A DNA stretch of 64,000 nt from an archaeon GW2011_AR15 (GCA_000830295.1 CP010425.1:512001-576000); one strand, 5' to 3'; shown: positions 38,751 through 48,662, counted from the stretch's first letter. Made by a program: numbers and translations. Notes: generated from the sequence alone by a model not told the origin.

Positions 38751-38815
38751 AAAAAGGCGAAACCCCTGGATTTTCGCCTTTTTGCATCCCGAAAATCTGC
38801 CGGAAGCAGATTTTC
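38751..38815. repeat. Double-hairpin (REP-like) intergenic element
   Basis: AAAAAGGCGAAA/TTTCGCCTTTTT stem (38751-38783), then GAAAATCTGC/GCAGATTTTC stem (38791-38815). Confidence 0.8.
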
Positions 38816-38821
38816 ATGATT

Positions 38822-39883
38822 TCAATAATTAATCTTATATCTCAATATAGCACCCATCCCGCCCAGTCCGTCCAGCTTGCTTCCTGCCTCATGCTCAGAG
38901 CTGATTATGTGGACTTCGCCCTGCATATTCTCAACAGCCTTCATCATATACTCAACCTGCTCAAAAGTATTGTCTTGCCTTTTCTTCTGTATAAGCCTGT
39001 CAGTTACAAGAAGTTCAGAAACAGCCCCGCTGTCAACAGCCTCTTTGATTTCTTTCAGGCCATACTGTGCTTTTCCTTTTTTTGCAATCTCCCCAAGAAA
39101 CCCCTCGACTTTCCTGCTCTCGTCAGCAAATTTTTCCAGCTTCAGGACCTGCTGGACCTCATCCCTCTTTATCACCTCATTTATCCCGTTGACGCCGACT
39201 GAAGAGCATGTGGCATAGACAACTTTCTTCTTTAAATCGCCTGTTATTATTTTCTGTATATATTCTTTCCAGAATCCCGGGCTGGCGATTATTATGTTTG
39301 AGAAATTATGCCTCTTGTCATAATCCTCGACTGTTTTTTTTATTGCAGCAAAAAAATCGCTTGTTTCCGTCTTCACATCTGCCTTTTTTTGGACATCCCC
39401 TTTTATCTGGCCAAGCATCTCAAAGCCGTATTTTTTCAGCTGCGCAAAATATGCCTCTTCCCTGTCATGCACGACCAGCATTATCTTGCTGTTAAGGCCT
39501 TCTGCAGATTCCTCCAGCTTTTCAATCTGGTATTTCAGCAGGGCCTGCTTCTGGAGTGAAAATTCTGTCCCTCCCTCAAGGGATATTGTATGATGGCTGC
39601 CGAGCGGGATATCGTCGGGGCCTTCCCTGATTATCCCTGAAACCCTCAGCACATTGGAATATTTTGAGAATTCTATTTTGTCAACCTCTATCGCAAGCGT
39701 CACAGGTTTTCTTATTATCTTTGTATTTCTTTCATCTTCCTTCCCCAGCTTCACTTTTCTGTATGTGCTCGCCTTCAGAATATCGGATTTCTCAATAATA
39801 TAAGTCAGGTACCACAGGTCGTCCATGGATTCGACCTGCGCCCTTACAAAATTTTTCCTGTAATCCTTCTTTATTATCCTCAT
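38822..39883 (-). CDS. pelA: Pelota/Dom34 ribosome rescue factor
   Basis: ESMDDLWYL, LRVSG.I, GSHHT, ASPGFWK, HEAG..LDGLGG.GAILRY; start placed at MRIIKK. Confidence 0.95.
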   Translation of the reverse strand: MRIIKKDYRKNFVRAQVESMDDLWYLTYIIEKSDILKASTYRKVKLGKEDERNTKIIRKPVTLAIEVDKIEFSKYSNVLRVSGIIREGPDDIPLGSHHTISLEGGTEFSLQKQALLKYQIEKLEESAEGLNSKIMLVVHDREEAYFAQLKKYGFEMLGQIKGDVQKKADVKTETSDFFAAIKKTVEDYDKRHNFSNIIIASPGFWKEYIQKIITGDLKKKVVYATCSSVGVNGINEVIKRDEVQQVLKLEKFADESRKVEGFLGEIAKKGKAQYGLKEIKEAVDSGAVSELLVTDRLIQKKRQDNTFEQVEYMMKAVENMQGEVHIISSEHEAGSKLDGLGGMGAILRYKINY

Positions 39884-39939
39884 AATCCTATAGAGAAAAT
39901 AATAAGATTTATATATGTAATTGACTGTTTTTCCAGGAT

Positions 39940-41130
39940 ATGAAAAAAGCACAGCTGACAAATCCCAACCCTCAGTCAATGATTGCTTTGCTGATTTTTA
40001 TAATCGGGGTTGCCCTTGTTATGTACATACTTTTCCTTCCTCCGGCCGAGAGGGCAGAGCTTCTTGAGCAGAACAGGAGTACGCCGGGAGACGGCACAAG
40101 GGATGAGATTTCAATTCTTATGACACAGGAGCCTGGCAGGATAAGCAACATAGCAGACACTGAGATAATAAAAGACCTTCCGTCTTTCAACCTTTTTACA
40201 AGGACAGATGCAAAGACACTTGCAGAATTTGATTCCATTTACATAAAAAAATCACTGTTTGAAGAGCAGATGCGGAATATTACTTTTGGGATAGAGGACC
40301 TGGAGCACACAGATAATTATGCATTGTCATACAATGTACAGCGGCACAGCGGAGTACTGACCATTATTCTTAATGATAACATTATTTTAAGCAATGAAAT
40401 AACAACAGCCAGCCCCGCCCCTCTTAAGCTTCCCAAAGACCTGCTTAAGGAAAACAACAATCTTGTTTTCAGGGTATCCGGCCCGGGCATTGAATTCTGG
40501 AAAAGCAATCAGTATATCCTTGAGGACATAAAAGTTACAGCAGATTTCACAGACATTTCAGCGCAGGAGAACATACAGATAATCCATGTGACAGAGCAGG
40601 AAATAGATAATCTCGAATCCATGGACCTTAGATTTGCAGTAAACTGCGAAGAGCTTGCAAACGCGCCTCTTGAGATATACTTAAGGAAGAGGCTTATCTA
40701 TTCAAGCGTGCCTGACTGCGGCACAAGCGTGCTTATACCTCCTGTAGACGGCAGCAGGCTTATTGAGGGAGAAAACGACCTTCTTTTCAGGACAGAAAAA
40801 GGCAATTACCTGCTTTACGGGATAGAGGCAAAGCTTCACCTGAAAAAACCATTGTTCCCTACATACTTCTTCAACCTTGATGCAGAGACATTTAATAAGG
40901 TCAAAAACGATGAAGGAGACCTCAATGTCTCAATACTTTTCCCCAACAGCGAGGACAGGAAAAAAGGGATTATACTTGTAAATGATTACATACTTGAGAT
41001 AGAGACATATGACACATTCTACAACAGGAAGATAAACTCATTCGTCAGGCAGGGCAACAATGCAGTTGAGATACAGCCCAAGGATGAGAAGCTGGATATC
41101 GTCGAGCTACATGTATTTTTAGCAGAGTAA
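39940..41130 (+). CDS. Membrane-anchored beta-rich extracellular protein
   Basis: MKKAQ basic leader then a TM (class III-like signal possible); YILFLPP.ER..LL; repeated L..G.N.l.F modules. Confidence 0.7.
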   Translation: MKKAQLTNPNPQSMIALLIFIIGVALVMYILFLPPAERAELLEQNRSTPGDGTRDEISILMTQEPGRISNIADTEIIKDLPSFNLFTRTDAKTLAEFDSIYIKKSLFEEQMRNITFGIEDLEHTDNYALSYNVQRHSGVLTIILNDNIILSNEITTASPAPLKLPKDLLKENNNLVFRVSGPGIEFWKSNQYILEDIKVTADFTDISAQENIQIIHVTEQEIDNLESMDLRFAVNCEELANAPLEIYLRKRLIYSSVPDCGTSVLIPPVDGSRLIEGENDLLFRTEKGNYLLYGIEAKLHLKKPLFPTYFFNLDAETFNKVKNDEGDLNVSILFPNSEDRKKGIILVNDYILEIETYDTFYNRKINSFVRQGNNAVEIQPKDEKLDIVELHVFLAE

Positions 41131-41170
41131 AGTTTATATAGCTTAAATATTCTAGAAGACTATTAGGGAA

Positions 41171-42868
41171 ATGGCACTTGAAAAGTTAAAAGATCTGCTG
41201 AAAAATGAGACAGATAACCTGGGATTTGCCGAGGCATTATTCGGTGTCTGCGGGGCCGTATTCTTATATCTCGTTGACCTGACCACAAAATGGAACGGCT
41301 ATCCGCTGCTGGAGGTATTTTCAGGGGCATTATTAATAGATGCATTGAGAATAGTGATTTTTGGTTTTTTTACAATAAGACTCCTTATGCTGATTGTAGA
41401 GCATAACAAGCAGGGATTCCACTGGTCAGCATATATCTCCGAGGGACTGCTTCATCTTTTATGGATAATGACTGCAGCAATTGCCCTAAAAAATCCCACT
41501 TCAACACTTCACCTTCTTTTTTCCATCCTTATCTATTTCCTGTTCGGGAAAGCTGTCCCTGAAGAGCATAAGGAAGATTTTACAAGGGCAATCCTTGTGT
41601 TGACTTTTATGGACTTCTATGGCTACGCATTGTTAAAAGGCATAAGCATAGGCTTTATCCTGGAAAACCAATTCAATAGGATACTTGTCCCATTATGGGG
41701 TTTTTATGTTATAGGATTTGCCATGAAGCACAACAGTTCTGCGATATTCAGCTGGACCTTCTTCATCATCTCCGCCATTTATGTCGCAGCCCTGTTTGAC
41801 GGGGTTTCACTTATGGCCCAGCAGACAGACAACCTTGACCAGGGAATTATAAACCAGGCAAAATCATCAGTATTCGGAGGGCTTAACCTTCTTTTTGGGA
41901 TCCCGCAGATGATAACAGACGGATGGAACAATTTCTACCAGCAGACATTCAACCAGTCATACATCTATGGGGGCGAGCAGGAGGAGACAAAGAATCCGCA
42001 GGGTGTTTACCTCACTGAAATTGAAAGGGGAGACTATACGAATTATGCAGATTCTCCTATCTATATATGGGCAAGGCTTGAGGCAAGGACTCTCGACAAA
42101 CCGATAAACCCGGTAACAGTAACCTGCAGCGCCGAGCTGGACGACGGGAACATAACACAGGGCATTGTCAATGAGGAAAGCACAGAATACAAATTCCTCG
42201 TCATATCTGGCGTGGACAGGACAATATCATGCAGGTTTAACAACCTTACAGAAGGAAGGTATACGGCGGTATTCAATGCCACTTTTGATTTCGCAACTGA
42301 TGCAAGGCGCAAGGTCTATCTTATGGACAGGGACAGGTATATAGAGGAACTGCAGGCCCTCAACCAGAGAGGCCAGCAGGCCACAGGAAAGGATGTCCTG
42401 CTCCAGCTTGAAATTACAGACACCGCCCCGGAAACAATCTACACCTCTGGGCCGGTGCTGGTAGGCATAGGCAGCGACAATGTTCCCTGGGACATAGGAG
42501 ACCAGAATAACATAAAATACAGGTTCGGCGTAACAGCAGAGAACGAGTGGACCATAGGCGGAGAAATACTCAAGATAAACAAGATTGAAATGATAGTTCC
42601 CCCGACATTTGACATAATTACTACAAGCTGCGACATAAAGATGCAGCCCGCAGGCTCAAGAGAAGGGGACAAGGTCTATGCAACAACAGCAGTTATTGAT
42701 GATATAGATAACCTTAAAACAATAAACTGCCTTATGAATGTGGACAAGAGGAGCCTTGATCCTGTGCCTGTAACCACAAGGTTCCTGAGGGCACATGTCG
42801 ACTATACCTATATGATAACAGAAGAAATAGATTTTGAGGTGGAGCCTCTTCCCGGCAATACAACATGA
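41171..42868 (+). CDS. Multi-TM N-terminus plus extracellular domain paralogous to the downstream lipoproteins
   Basis: About 6-7 TMs; C-terminal FDFAT, SGPV, Cys pairs and VDYTY correspond to motifs in the next three genes. Confidence 0.7.
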   Translation: MALEKLKDLLKNETDNLGFAEALFGVCGAVFLYLVDLTTKWNGYPLLEVFSGALLIDALRIVIFGFFTIRLLMLIVEHNKQGFHWSAYISEGLLHLLWIMTAAIALKNPTSTLHLLFSILIYFLFGKAVPEEHKEDFTRAILVLTFMDFYGYALLKGISIGFILENQFNRILVPLWGFYVIGFAMKHNSSAIFSWTFFIISAIYVAALFDGVSLMAQQTDNLDQGIINQAKSSVFGGLNLLFGIPQMITDGWNNFYQQTFNQSYIYGGEQEETKNPQGVYLTEIERGDYTNYADSPIYIWARLEARTLDKPINPVTVTCSAELDDGNITQGIVNEESTEYKFLVISGVDRTISCRFNNLTEGRYTAVFNATFDFATDARRKVYLMDRDRYIEELQALNQRGQQATGKDVLLQLEITDTAPETIYTSGPVLVGIGSDNVPWDIGDQNNIKYRFGVTAENEWTIGGEILKINKIEMIVPPTFDIITTSCDIKMQPAGSREGDKVYATTAVIDDIDNLKTINCLMNVDKRSLDPVPVTTRFLRAHVDYTYMITEEIDFEVEPLPGNTT

Positions 42869-43803
42869 AAAAATATATTGCAGCATTAATTCTGCTGGCA
42901 GTTATTACAGCCTGCACAGGCGGCTCAGGAGAGGCAGACCTGGAAAAAGACATATACAAGGGGACAACAGGGGTTGTCCTGAGTTTCTTTGAGAACAGCC
43001 TTGGAGACGAGGTATTCGAGAATGAACAGCTTAATCTTCCTATCAAGCTCGAAAACAAAGGAGCATACCAGGTCACAAATTCAAAGCTCGTGGTGGCAAC
43101 AGAAAGGGGTTTCATAGAATTTTCAAACGGGAACAACATATACCAGAAATCAGGCATAAGGCTGGACGGCAAGAGCGTCTTTGTTACATTTGACGATTTC
43201 CATATAGAAGAGCTTGTAATGAATGTAAAAGAGCTTGACCCGCAGAGCGAATATCATGACTCGTTCATAACCGTCAACTTCTGCTATGACTACAAGACCT
43301 CTGCATTTGCAGAGGTATGCATAGATACAGACCCTCACGGCCAGAGAGTCAGCGACAAAGCATGCTCGCAGATAAACTCAATAAGCATGTCAGAAGGGCA
43401 GGGCGGCCCTGTTGTCATAGAAAGGGTAGAAACAAGGATGCTGGTGGTTGATAATTTCATAAAGCCCCAGTTCAAGATTTACATATCCAACAGGGGAGAA
43501 GGCACAGTGATAAGCCCAAACAGGATAGATTCAGTCTGCAGCCAGGGCTCAATAGGCCAGGAAACATACAATTCCCTGAGGCTTACAGCACTGGACATGT
43601 CAGGATTCTCAATGGGAAGCTTTGAATGCATTCCCTCAGAGCTTGTGCTTTACAATGATGAGGATTTCATAACCTGCACCCTGAAAACAGGGATAAGCAG
43701 GGACAGGCAGCCTTACCTTACTCCTCTGAAAGTGGAGCTTTCATACGGCTATATGGAGACAGCATCAAAAGAAATTAAAATAAAGAAAATATTAAGATAC
43801 TGA
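42865..43803 (+). CDS. Cys-motif lipoprotein, paralog 1
   Basis: Lipobox ITAC; GTTGVVLSF, CYDYKT..VCID, GGPV, NRGEG, LSYGY. Confidence 0.75.
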   Translation: MKKYIAALILLAVITACTGGSGEADLEKDIYKGTTGVVLSFFENSLGDEVFENEQLNLPIKLENKGAYQVTNSKLVVATERGFIEFSNGNNIYQKSGIRLDGKSVFVTFDDFHIEELVMNVKELDPQSEYHDSFITVNFCYDYKTSAFAEVCIDTDPHGQRVSDKACSQINSISMSEGQGGPVVIERVETRMLVVDNFIKPQFKIYISNRGEGTVISPNRIDSVCSQGSIGQETYNSLRLTALDMSGFSMGSFECIPSELVLYNDEDFITCTLKTGISRDRQPYLTPLKVELSYGYMETASKEIKIKKILRY

Positions 43804-43805
43804 GA

Positions 43806-44687
43806 ATGAGAAAAGAGCTTATTGTTTTGTCCTGCCTGCTTGTATTCCTGAGCGCATGCGTCATTGATTCAGGAAGCACAAACCAGCAGAACTGGAGGTC
43901 AGGAACACAGGGCATAGTGATGAGCTTTGTCCAGAACAGTCCGCCGTCTGAGGTCGTAAGCAGGTCAAATGTGGTGGTTGTTCTTGAATATTCAAACAAG
44001 GGAGCAGCTACAACAAGCCCGACATTCTATCTTGGGGGATTTGACAGCAATATACTTCCTTTCGGCAATACAAGGGTTTCTCCGGGAAGCATAGGAGGCA
44101 AGGACCAGTATAACATAGCAGGCTCCCAGCCGGGGTTCCTCAAATGGGAGACAGGCATAAACCTTGGCTCGTTAAGGGAGGTCGACAGCTTTAAGCAGTA
44201 TCTTAGTGTGACAGCATGCTATCCCTACCAGACACTGGCTTCCCCTATAATATGCGTCGATCCGCAGAAATACGAGTATATTGCGCCTGCAAGATGTGAT
44301 TTTGATGTAAAAGAGCTAGGCAGCAGCCAGGGAGGGCCAATGGCAGTCACAGAAGTGAAGCAGAAAGCCACCACTAATGAGATATTCCTTGAGATACATG
44401 TGGAAAACAAAGGCAGCGGCACTCCCTACCTGCAGGGAGACTGCCTTACCCTCGGTTATGAGCAGGTTGACCAGGTAAGCCTTGCTGAGGTTACAATGTC
44501 AGGCAGGAAATTCAGCTGCTCACCATCAACAATAAGGCTTGTAAACGGAAAAGGCTATGCCATATGCAGCCTCGGCATAAATGTTGACTCATATTACGAG
44601 ACGCCGCTGACAATAAGGCTCAATTACAATTACAGGGATACGCTGCCAAGAAAGGAAATAACAATAATAAATGTGGATAAAAAGTAG
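43806..44687 (+). CDS. Cys-motif lipoprotein, paralog 2
   Basis: Lipobox LSAC; GTQGIVMSF, CYPYQT..ICVD, GGPM, NKGSG, LNYNY. Confidence 0.75.
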   Translation: MRKELIVLSCLLVFLSACVIDSGSTNQQNWRSGTQGIVMSFVQNSPPSEVVSRSNVVVVLEYSNKGAATTSPTFYLGGFDSNILPFGNTRVSPGSIGGKDQYNIAGSQPGFLKWETGINLGSLREVDSFKQYLSVTACYPYQTLASPIICVDPQKYEYIAPARCDFDVKELGSSQGGPMAVTEVKQKATTNEIFLEIHVENKGSGTPYLQGDCLTLGYEQVDQVSLAEVTMSGRKFSCSPSTIRLVNGKGYAICSLGINVDSYYETPLTIRLNYNYRDTLPRKEITIINVDKK

Positions 44688-44725
44688 AAAGCTTTATAAT
44701 GTAGAAATGCAGGACTTAATAGAAG

Positions 44726-45679
44726 GTGAATAGCATGAAGAATTTCAGATGGGTCATATTTTTGCTAATTGTAGCTATGCTGACAATGGCTCAGGAAGGG
44801 TGCCAGAGCTCAGGCAAGGGCACAGACAAGATAAATCCTTATATTGGCGGCACGAGAGGCCTTTCAGTCTTGTTTGCAGATGGTGCCCCTCCGGAAGAAG
44901 TGTTTGACAACAAGCAGTACCCATTTGACATTGATGTAAAGCTTCTTAATGTCGGGGAAAAAGATATCTTAAAAGATGATGTAAAAATAGTAATTTCAGG
45001 GCTTAACCCGTCTGATTTCGGCAAGACAGACAACTTCTTCATAAAAGACGGAATTGAAGAGGATGTGCTGGCAACATACAAGGATTTTGAAGGAAACATA
45101 ATAAATCCCTCAGAAGTCTATGTGACCTTCCCCGGGCTTAATTTTCAGGACAAGCTTACAGGAAACTTCCAGCTTAAGGCAAGGGCAGATGTATGCTACG
45201 GATATGAAACAGAAACTGTGGCAGACGGGTGTATAAGGTCCGATGTATTATCAGTTGACCCTGATGCAGTCTGCCAGGTAAACGAGGAAAAGACAGTATA
45301 TAATTCAGGAGCTCCGATCCAGGTAACTGGGTTTACAGAGCAGCCAAGCGGGACAGATAAGATAAGATACCTGTTTACAGTCAAGCACGTGGGTTCAGGA
45401 AGAGTCTATCTCCCGGACAGCAAATGCCCGTCTGTAAGAGGCTCAGAAGACAGGCTTTACTTCAAGATTAAGTCAAGTGTAGCTGACCTTACATGCAGCG
45501 GGCTTGTAGGCGGCAGCGGAAAAGAAGGTGAAATAATCCTGAGAAACGGCGAGCAGACAATAAGATGCGTCCAGCAGACCAAGAGCCAGATTGACTATAT
45601 AGACAGGATAACAATAAGCCTTACATATGACTACCAGGATTCATATGATGAGACTATACTGGTCAAGAAGAGCGATTAA
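44726..45679 (+). CDS. Cys-motif lipoprotein, paralog 3
   Basis: Signal peptide ending QEGC; GTRGLSVLF, CYGYET..CI, GAPI, HVGSG, LTYDY; own promoter at 44687. Confidence 0.75.
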   Translation: MNSMKNFRWVIFLLIVAMLTMAQEGCQSSGKGTDKINPYIGGTRGLSVLFADGAPPEEVFDNKQYPFDIDVKLLNVGEKDILKDDVKIVISGLNPSDFGKTDNFFIKDGIEEDVLATYKDFEGNIINPSEVYVTFPGLNFQDKLTGNFQLKARADVCYGYETETVADGCIRSDVLSVDPDAVCQVNEEKTVYNSGAPIQVTGFTEQPSGTDKIRYLFTVKHVGSGRVYLPDSKCPSVRGSEDRLYFKIKSSVADLTCSGLVGGSGKEGEIILRNGEQTIRCVQQTKSQIDYIDRITISLTYDYQDSYDETILVKKSD

Positions 45680-45698
45680 ATTTTTTATACTCTTTTTT

Positions 45699-46655
45699 TT
45701 AATTCTTGCTGTTATTTATATATGAGATTCCTGCAATAAGGGCTTCCAGCTGTATAAACTCATCGCTGCCCTCCACCATCCTGAACTCTATCTCTCCGCA
45801 GAGCTTTATCATTTCCAGCTTTTTCAGGTCATCCACTTTCTGCTTCCAGATTGAAGACTGTATCTGCTTTATTATATCAAGCCCGGATAAGCCATTCTCA
45901 AACATTGTATTAAGGAGCTTCTTTCTTGCCTCCAGCATATTGTTTTTGAAAGCCAAATCAAGTATCTCCTGCACTTCTTCAGGAAGCGCCTGCGAAGCTA
46001 TGCTGTAGACAGCCTTTTCTGTAATCTCCTGCGCCACGGCTGCAGAGCTCTGGAGCAAATTCTCAACTTTCCTGCAGTCCCCTCCGGTTACCTCATAAAG
46101 GGCCTGCTTTGCATCTCCTGTAACCTTTATCTTTTCCTCAGAGGCAATCTTATCTATGATGCTGAATATATCCTCTTTTGGCAGGGGCTTGAATTTGAAG
46201 ACAACGCACCTGCTCTGTATTGGGTCTATTATTTTTGATGAGAAGTTGCATGACAGGATGAACCTGCATGTCTTGGTGTAATTTTCCATTGTCCTCCTCA
46301 AAGCCTGCTGCGCCTCCCTTGTAAGGGCATCGCACTCGTCAAGGAATATGATCTTGAAAGGCACGTCTCCTATAGCTTTTGTCCTGGCAAAGTCCTTGAC
46401 CTTGACACGGACAACGTCAATACCGCGTTCGTCAGAGGCATTCAGCTCAAGGAAATTCTCTCTCCAGATATCTTTAAAAAGCTCCCTTGCAACCACAAGG
46501 GCAAGTGTGGATTTGCCGACACCAGCAGGCCCTGCAAAAAGCAAGTGGGGCATGTTCTGCTGCTTTACAAACGCCTCTGCCCTCTTCACTATGTCTTTCT
46601 GGCCTTTTATCTCCTTAAATGACTTTGGCCTGTATTTTTCTGTCCATATTTCCAT
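45699..46655 (-). CDS. rfcS: Replication factor C small subunit (no intein)
   Basis: WTEKYRP, GPAGVGKST, ELNASDERG, DECD, SRC motif. Confidence 0.96.
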   Translation of the reverse strand: MEIWTEKYRPKSFKEIKGQKDIVKRAEAFVKQQNMPHLLFAGPAGVGKSTLALVVARELFKDIWRENFLELNASDERGIDVVRVKVKDFARTKAIGDVPFKIIFLDECDALTREAQQALRRTMENYTKTCRFILSCNFSSKIIDPIQSRCVVFKFKPLPKEDIFSIIDKIASEEKIKVTGDAKQALYEVTGGDCRKVENLLQSSAAVAQEITEKAVYSIASQALPEEVQEILDLAFKNNMLEARKKLLNTMFENGLSGLDIIKQIQSSIWKQKVDDLKKLEMIKLCGEIEFRMVEGSDEFIQLEALIAGISYINNSKN

Positions 46656-46728
46656 AAAAGGAGTAGAAACTGGTTTAGTTTAAAAAATTATAGGATAAAG
46701 TGAAATAAGAAAAGAAGAGTGATTAATA

Positions 46729-46752
46729 TTAAATTATATCTTCTTCCGCAAT
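46729..46752 (-). other. Orphan, synonymously recoded copy of the last 7 codons and stop of the PRC-barrel gene
   Basis: Minus strand ATT GCG GAA GAA GAT ATA ATT TAA (IAEEDII*) versus gene end ATT GCC GAA GAG GAT ATT ATA TAA (IAEEDII*). Confidence 0.8.
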
Positions 46753-46790
46753 TAATGAAAATTTAAGAAATTTTCAATATTGCCTCAGAG

Positions 46791-47075
46791 TTATATAATA
46801 TCCTCTTCGGCAATCACCATGAAGTCCCCCATGGCAATCACAGCGCTGAAAGGTATAAGCAGCCTGTCCTGGCTGTCTTTTTCCAGTTCAAGCTTCTCTG
46901 TGTAGGTTGTAGGGTTATTCACGACTATATGTATAAGCTCTCCTGATTTTGTCTCGAAGATCAGGTCACCAACTTCACCGAACCTTTTGCCTGTTTTGCT
47001 GACAATAGTCTTTCCTAGCAACTGTTTTGAGAATTTCTTTGAATCGTTATCTTCAAATGATTTTTTTACAGCCAT
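46791..47075 (-). CDS. PRC-barrel protein (CdpB-like archaeal cell-division candidate)
   Basis: LLGKTIVSKTGKRFGEVGDLIFE...G.L, IPFSAVIAMGDFMVI. Confidence 0.85.
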   Translation of the reverse strand: MAVKKSFEDNDSKKFSKQLLGKTIVSKTGKRFGEVGDLIFETKSGELIHIVVNNPTTYTEKLELEKDSQDRLLIPFSAVIAMGDFMVIAEEDII

Positions 47076-47159
47076 GATCTATCTACCCCTTATTTGGTTG
47101 AAATACATAAATTAAATTGTTTATATAAAGATTTCTATTAATAAATCTTACTATATTTC

Positions 47160-47921
47160 TCAGAATTCCCCTATCCTCTTGTCTACTTTGTCATAATGCC
47201 AGAACATTGCTATGGCGCCAAAAAGAAGACCGGCCAGCAGGGCAATTATCGGGGAAAGGAAAAAGCCTATGGCTGAAGCCACAACCACAAATGCAAGGGT
47301 AAATGTCCAGAAATATATGTGAGGGTAGAACAGGTATAACCCCACATTACCGGGGAGAGGTATAAGGGAATATATGGCAAACAGGAGGCTGAGCACCATA
47401 AGCTGCATTACAAAAGGGTTTGATTTGAACGGTGAGAGCAGAAGCAGCAGTATCACATTAAAAAAAGGCCCCATAAAGCCTGCCTTGGCCCATTCCCAGT
47501 CGTTTGTATAGTATCTGAATTCACCAAGCCTTGAGGCTGTCAGATGCCTTATATTTATGGCTCCGGGCAGGAAGAATATGAGGTATCCTCTTGAAGCAAA
47601 AGTCACAACCAGGGCAATCATAAGCCCTATAATCCCGTATTCATAGACAGGGTCATATCCATAGTATACAGCGACAACCCTCTGCCCAACCTGGTTGAAA
47701 ACAGTACAGATGAGCGCCATAAGGCAGCCAAGGCCGAAATTCTTTATTCCTTCAAGGAAATTGAAAGTCTCTCCTCCCCATTTGTTGAAAGACCAGACAA
47801 ACCCGATCATAACAACAGTTATAATAATCTGCTTTATCTCTTCCTTTGAAAGGGAAAAGCCAAACCTTTTCAGGTTATAGAAGAAAGTCCTGTATTCTTT
47901 TGCATATGAATGCGATGGCAT
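47160..47921 (-). CDS. Site-2 protease (M50)-like membrane protein lacking catalytic residues
   Basis: FNQVGQR at the HExxH position, GFMGPFFN, SLIPLPGNVG at the NxxPxxxxDG position. Confidence 0.6.
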   Translation of the reverse strand: MPSHSYAKEYRTFFYNLKRFGFSLSKEEIKQIIITVVMIGFVWSFNKWGGETFNFLEGIKNFGLGCLMALICTVFNQVGQRVVAVYYGYDPVYEYGIIGLMIALVVTFASRGYLIFFLPGAINIRHLTASRLGEFRYYTNDWEWAKAGFMGPFFNVILLLLLSPFKSNPFVMQLMVLSLLFAIYSLIPLPGNVGLYLFYPHIYFWTFTLAFVVVASAIGFFLSPIIALLAGLLFGAIAMFWHYDKVDKRIGEF

Positions 47922-47968
47922 GAGAAGAAATTGGCTGGGAGACTATATAAAATTTTCTTATTTTATCT

Positions 47969-48640
47969 CTACTGCTCTTTATTGAGATAAGCAAGAACAC
48001 CGTCTATATGGCCTGCCCCCATCACAGCAAGGATTTTCTTGTCCGGAAAGAGCCTGTGCAGCCTGTGCAGCTGCCTTGCCATGTAAATATCCCTTTCATC
48101 AATGAGTATCCTATGCAGGGAAGGATATCTCTTTTTCGTGTATCTTATCACTTTCCTGACAAGCTCTTCAGGCGGTATTTTTGAAAAATCAAAAGCCATT
48201 TCCTCAGCAGGGGGCCTAAAGGAGTCTATGAGAAGCCTGAACAGCTCCCTTTTCCTGAAATTCTTTGAGAACCTTTTCATGGTTATTGATATGTCCCTGT
48301 CTATAAGGGCGATATCTGCCTTGCTTTTCTCTGCCAGCTTCAGTGCAGCAAGCATCTCGCTTCCCGGTTCTATATTCACAATCTTTCCGATTTTCTTCTG
48401 AACGAATTCTCCAATCACATAGAATATGAATCCTCCGAGCCCAAAAGCTTTGATGAGCTCAAGGTTTTTCGGCCTTCTTACTTTGTTTTTCAGCGCATAA
48501 AGCCGGTTCCTGTCAAGCTCCACAGCAACAATATCAGGCGATATTTCTCCGAACGCAGCATTTACTCTCCTGGTGCTTTCGCCGGCAACATGGGAAGTTC
48601 CGACAAGTGCAATGTTCCTAAATTTCTTCATAGAAGACAA
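47969..48640 (-). CDS. TraB/TIKI-family protein
   Basis: VGTSHV, VAVELD..R, PGSEM, IDRDI..T, LIDERD.YMA, VMGAGH. Confidence 0.88.
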   Translation of the reverse strand: MSSMKKFRNIALVGTSHVAGESTRRVNAAFGEISPDIVAVELDRNRLYALKNKVRRPKNLELIKAFGLGGFIFYVIGEFVQKKIGKIVNIEPGSEMLAALKLAEKSKADIALIDRDISITMKRFSKNFRKRELFRLLIDSFRPPAEEMAFDFSKIPPEELVRKVIRYTKKRYPSLHRILIDERDIYMARQLHRLHRLFPDKKILAVMGAGHIDGVLAYLNKEQ

Positions 48641-48662
48641 GCCATATTAGAAAAAATATAAA

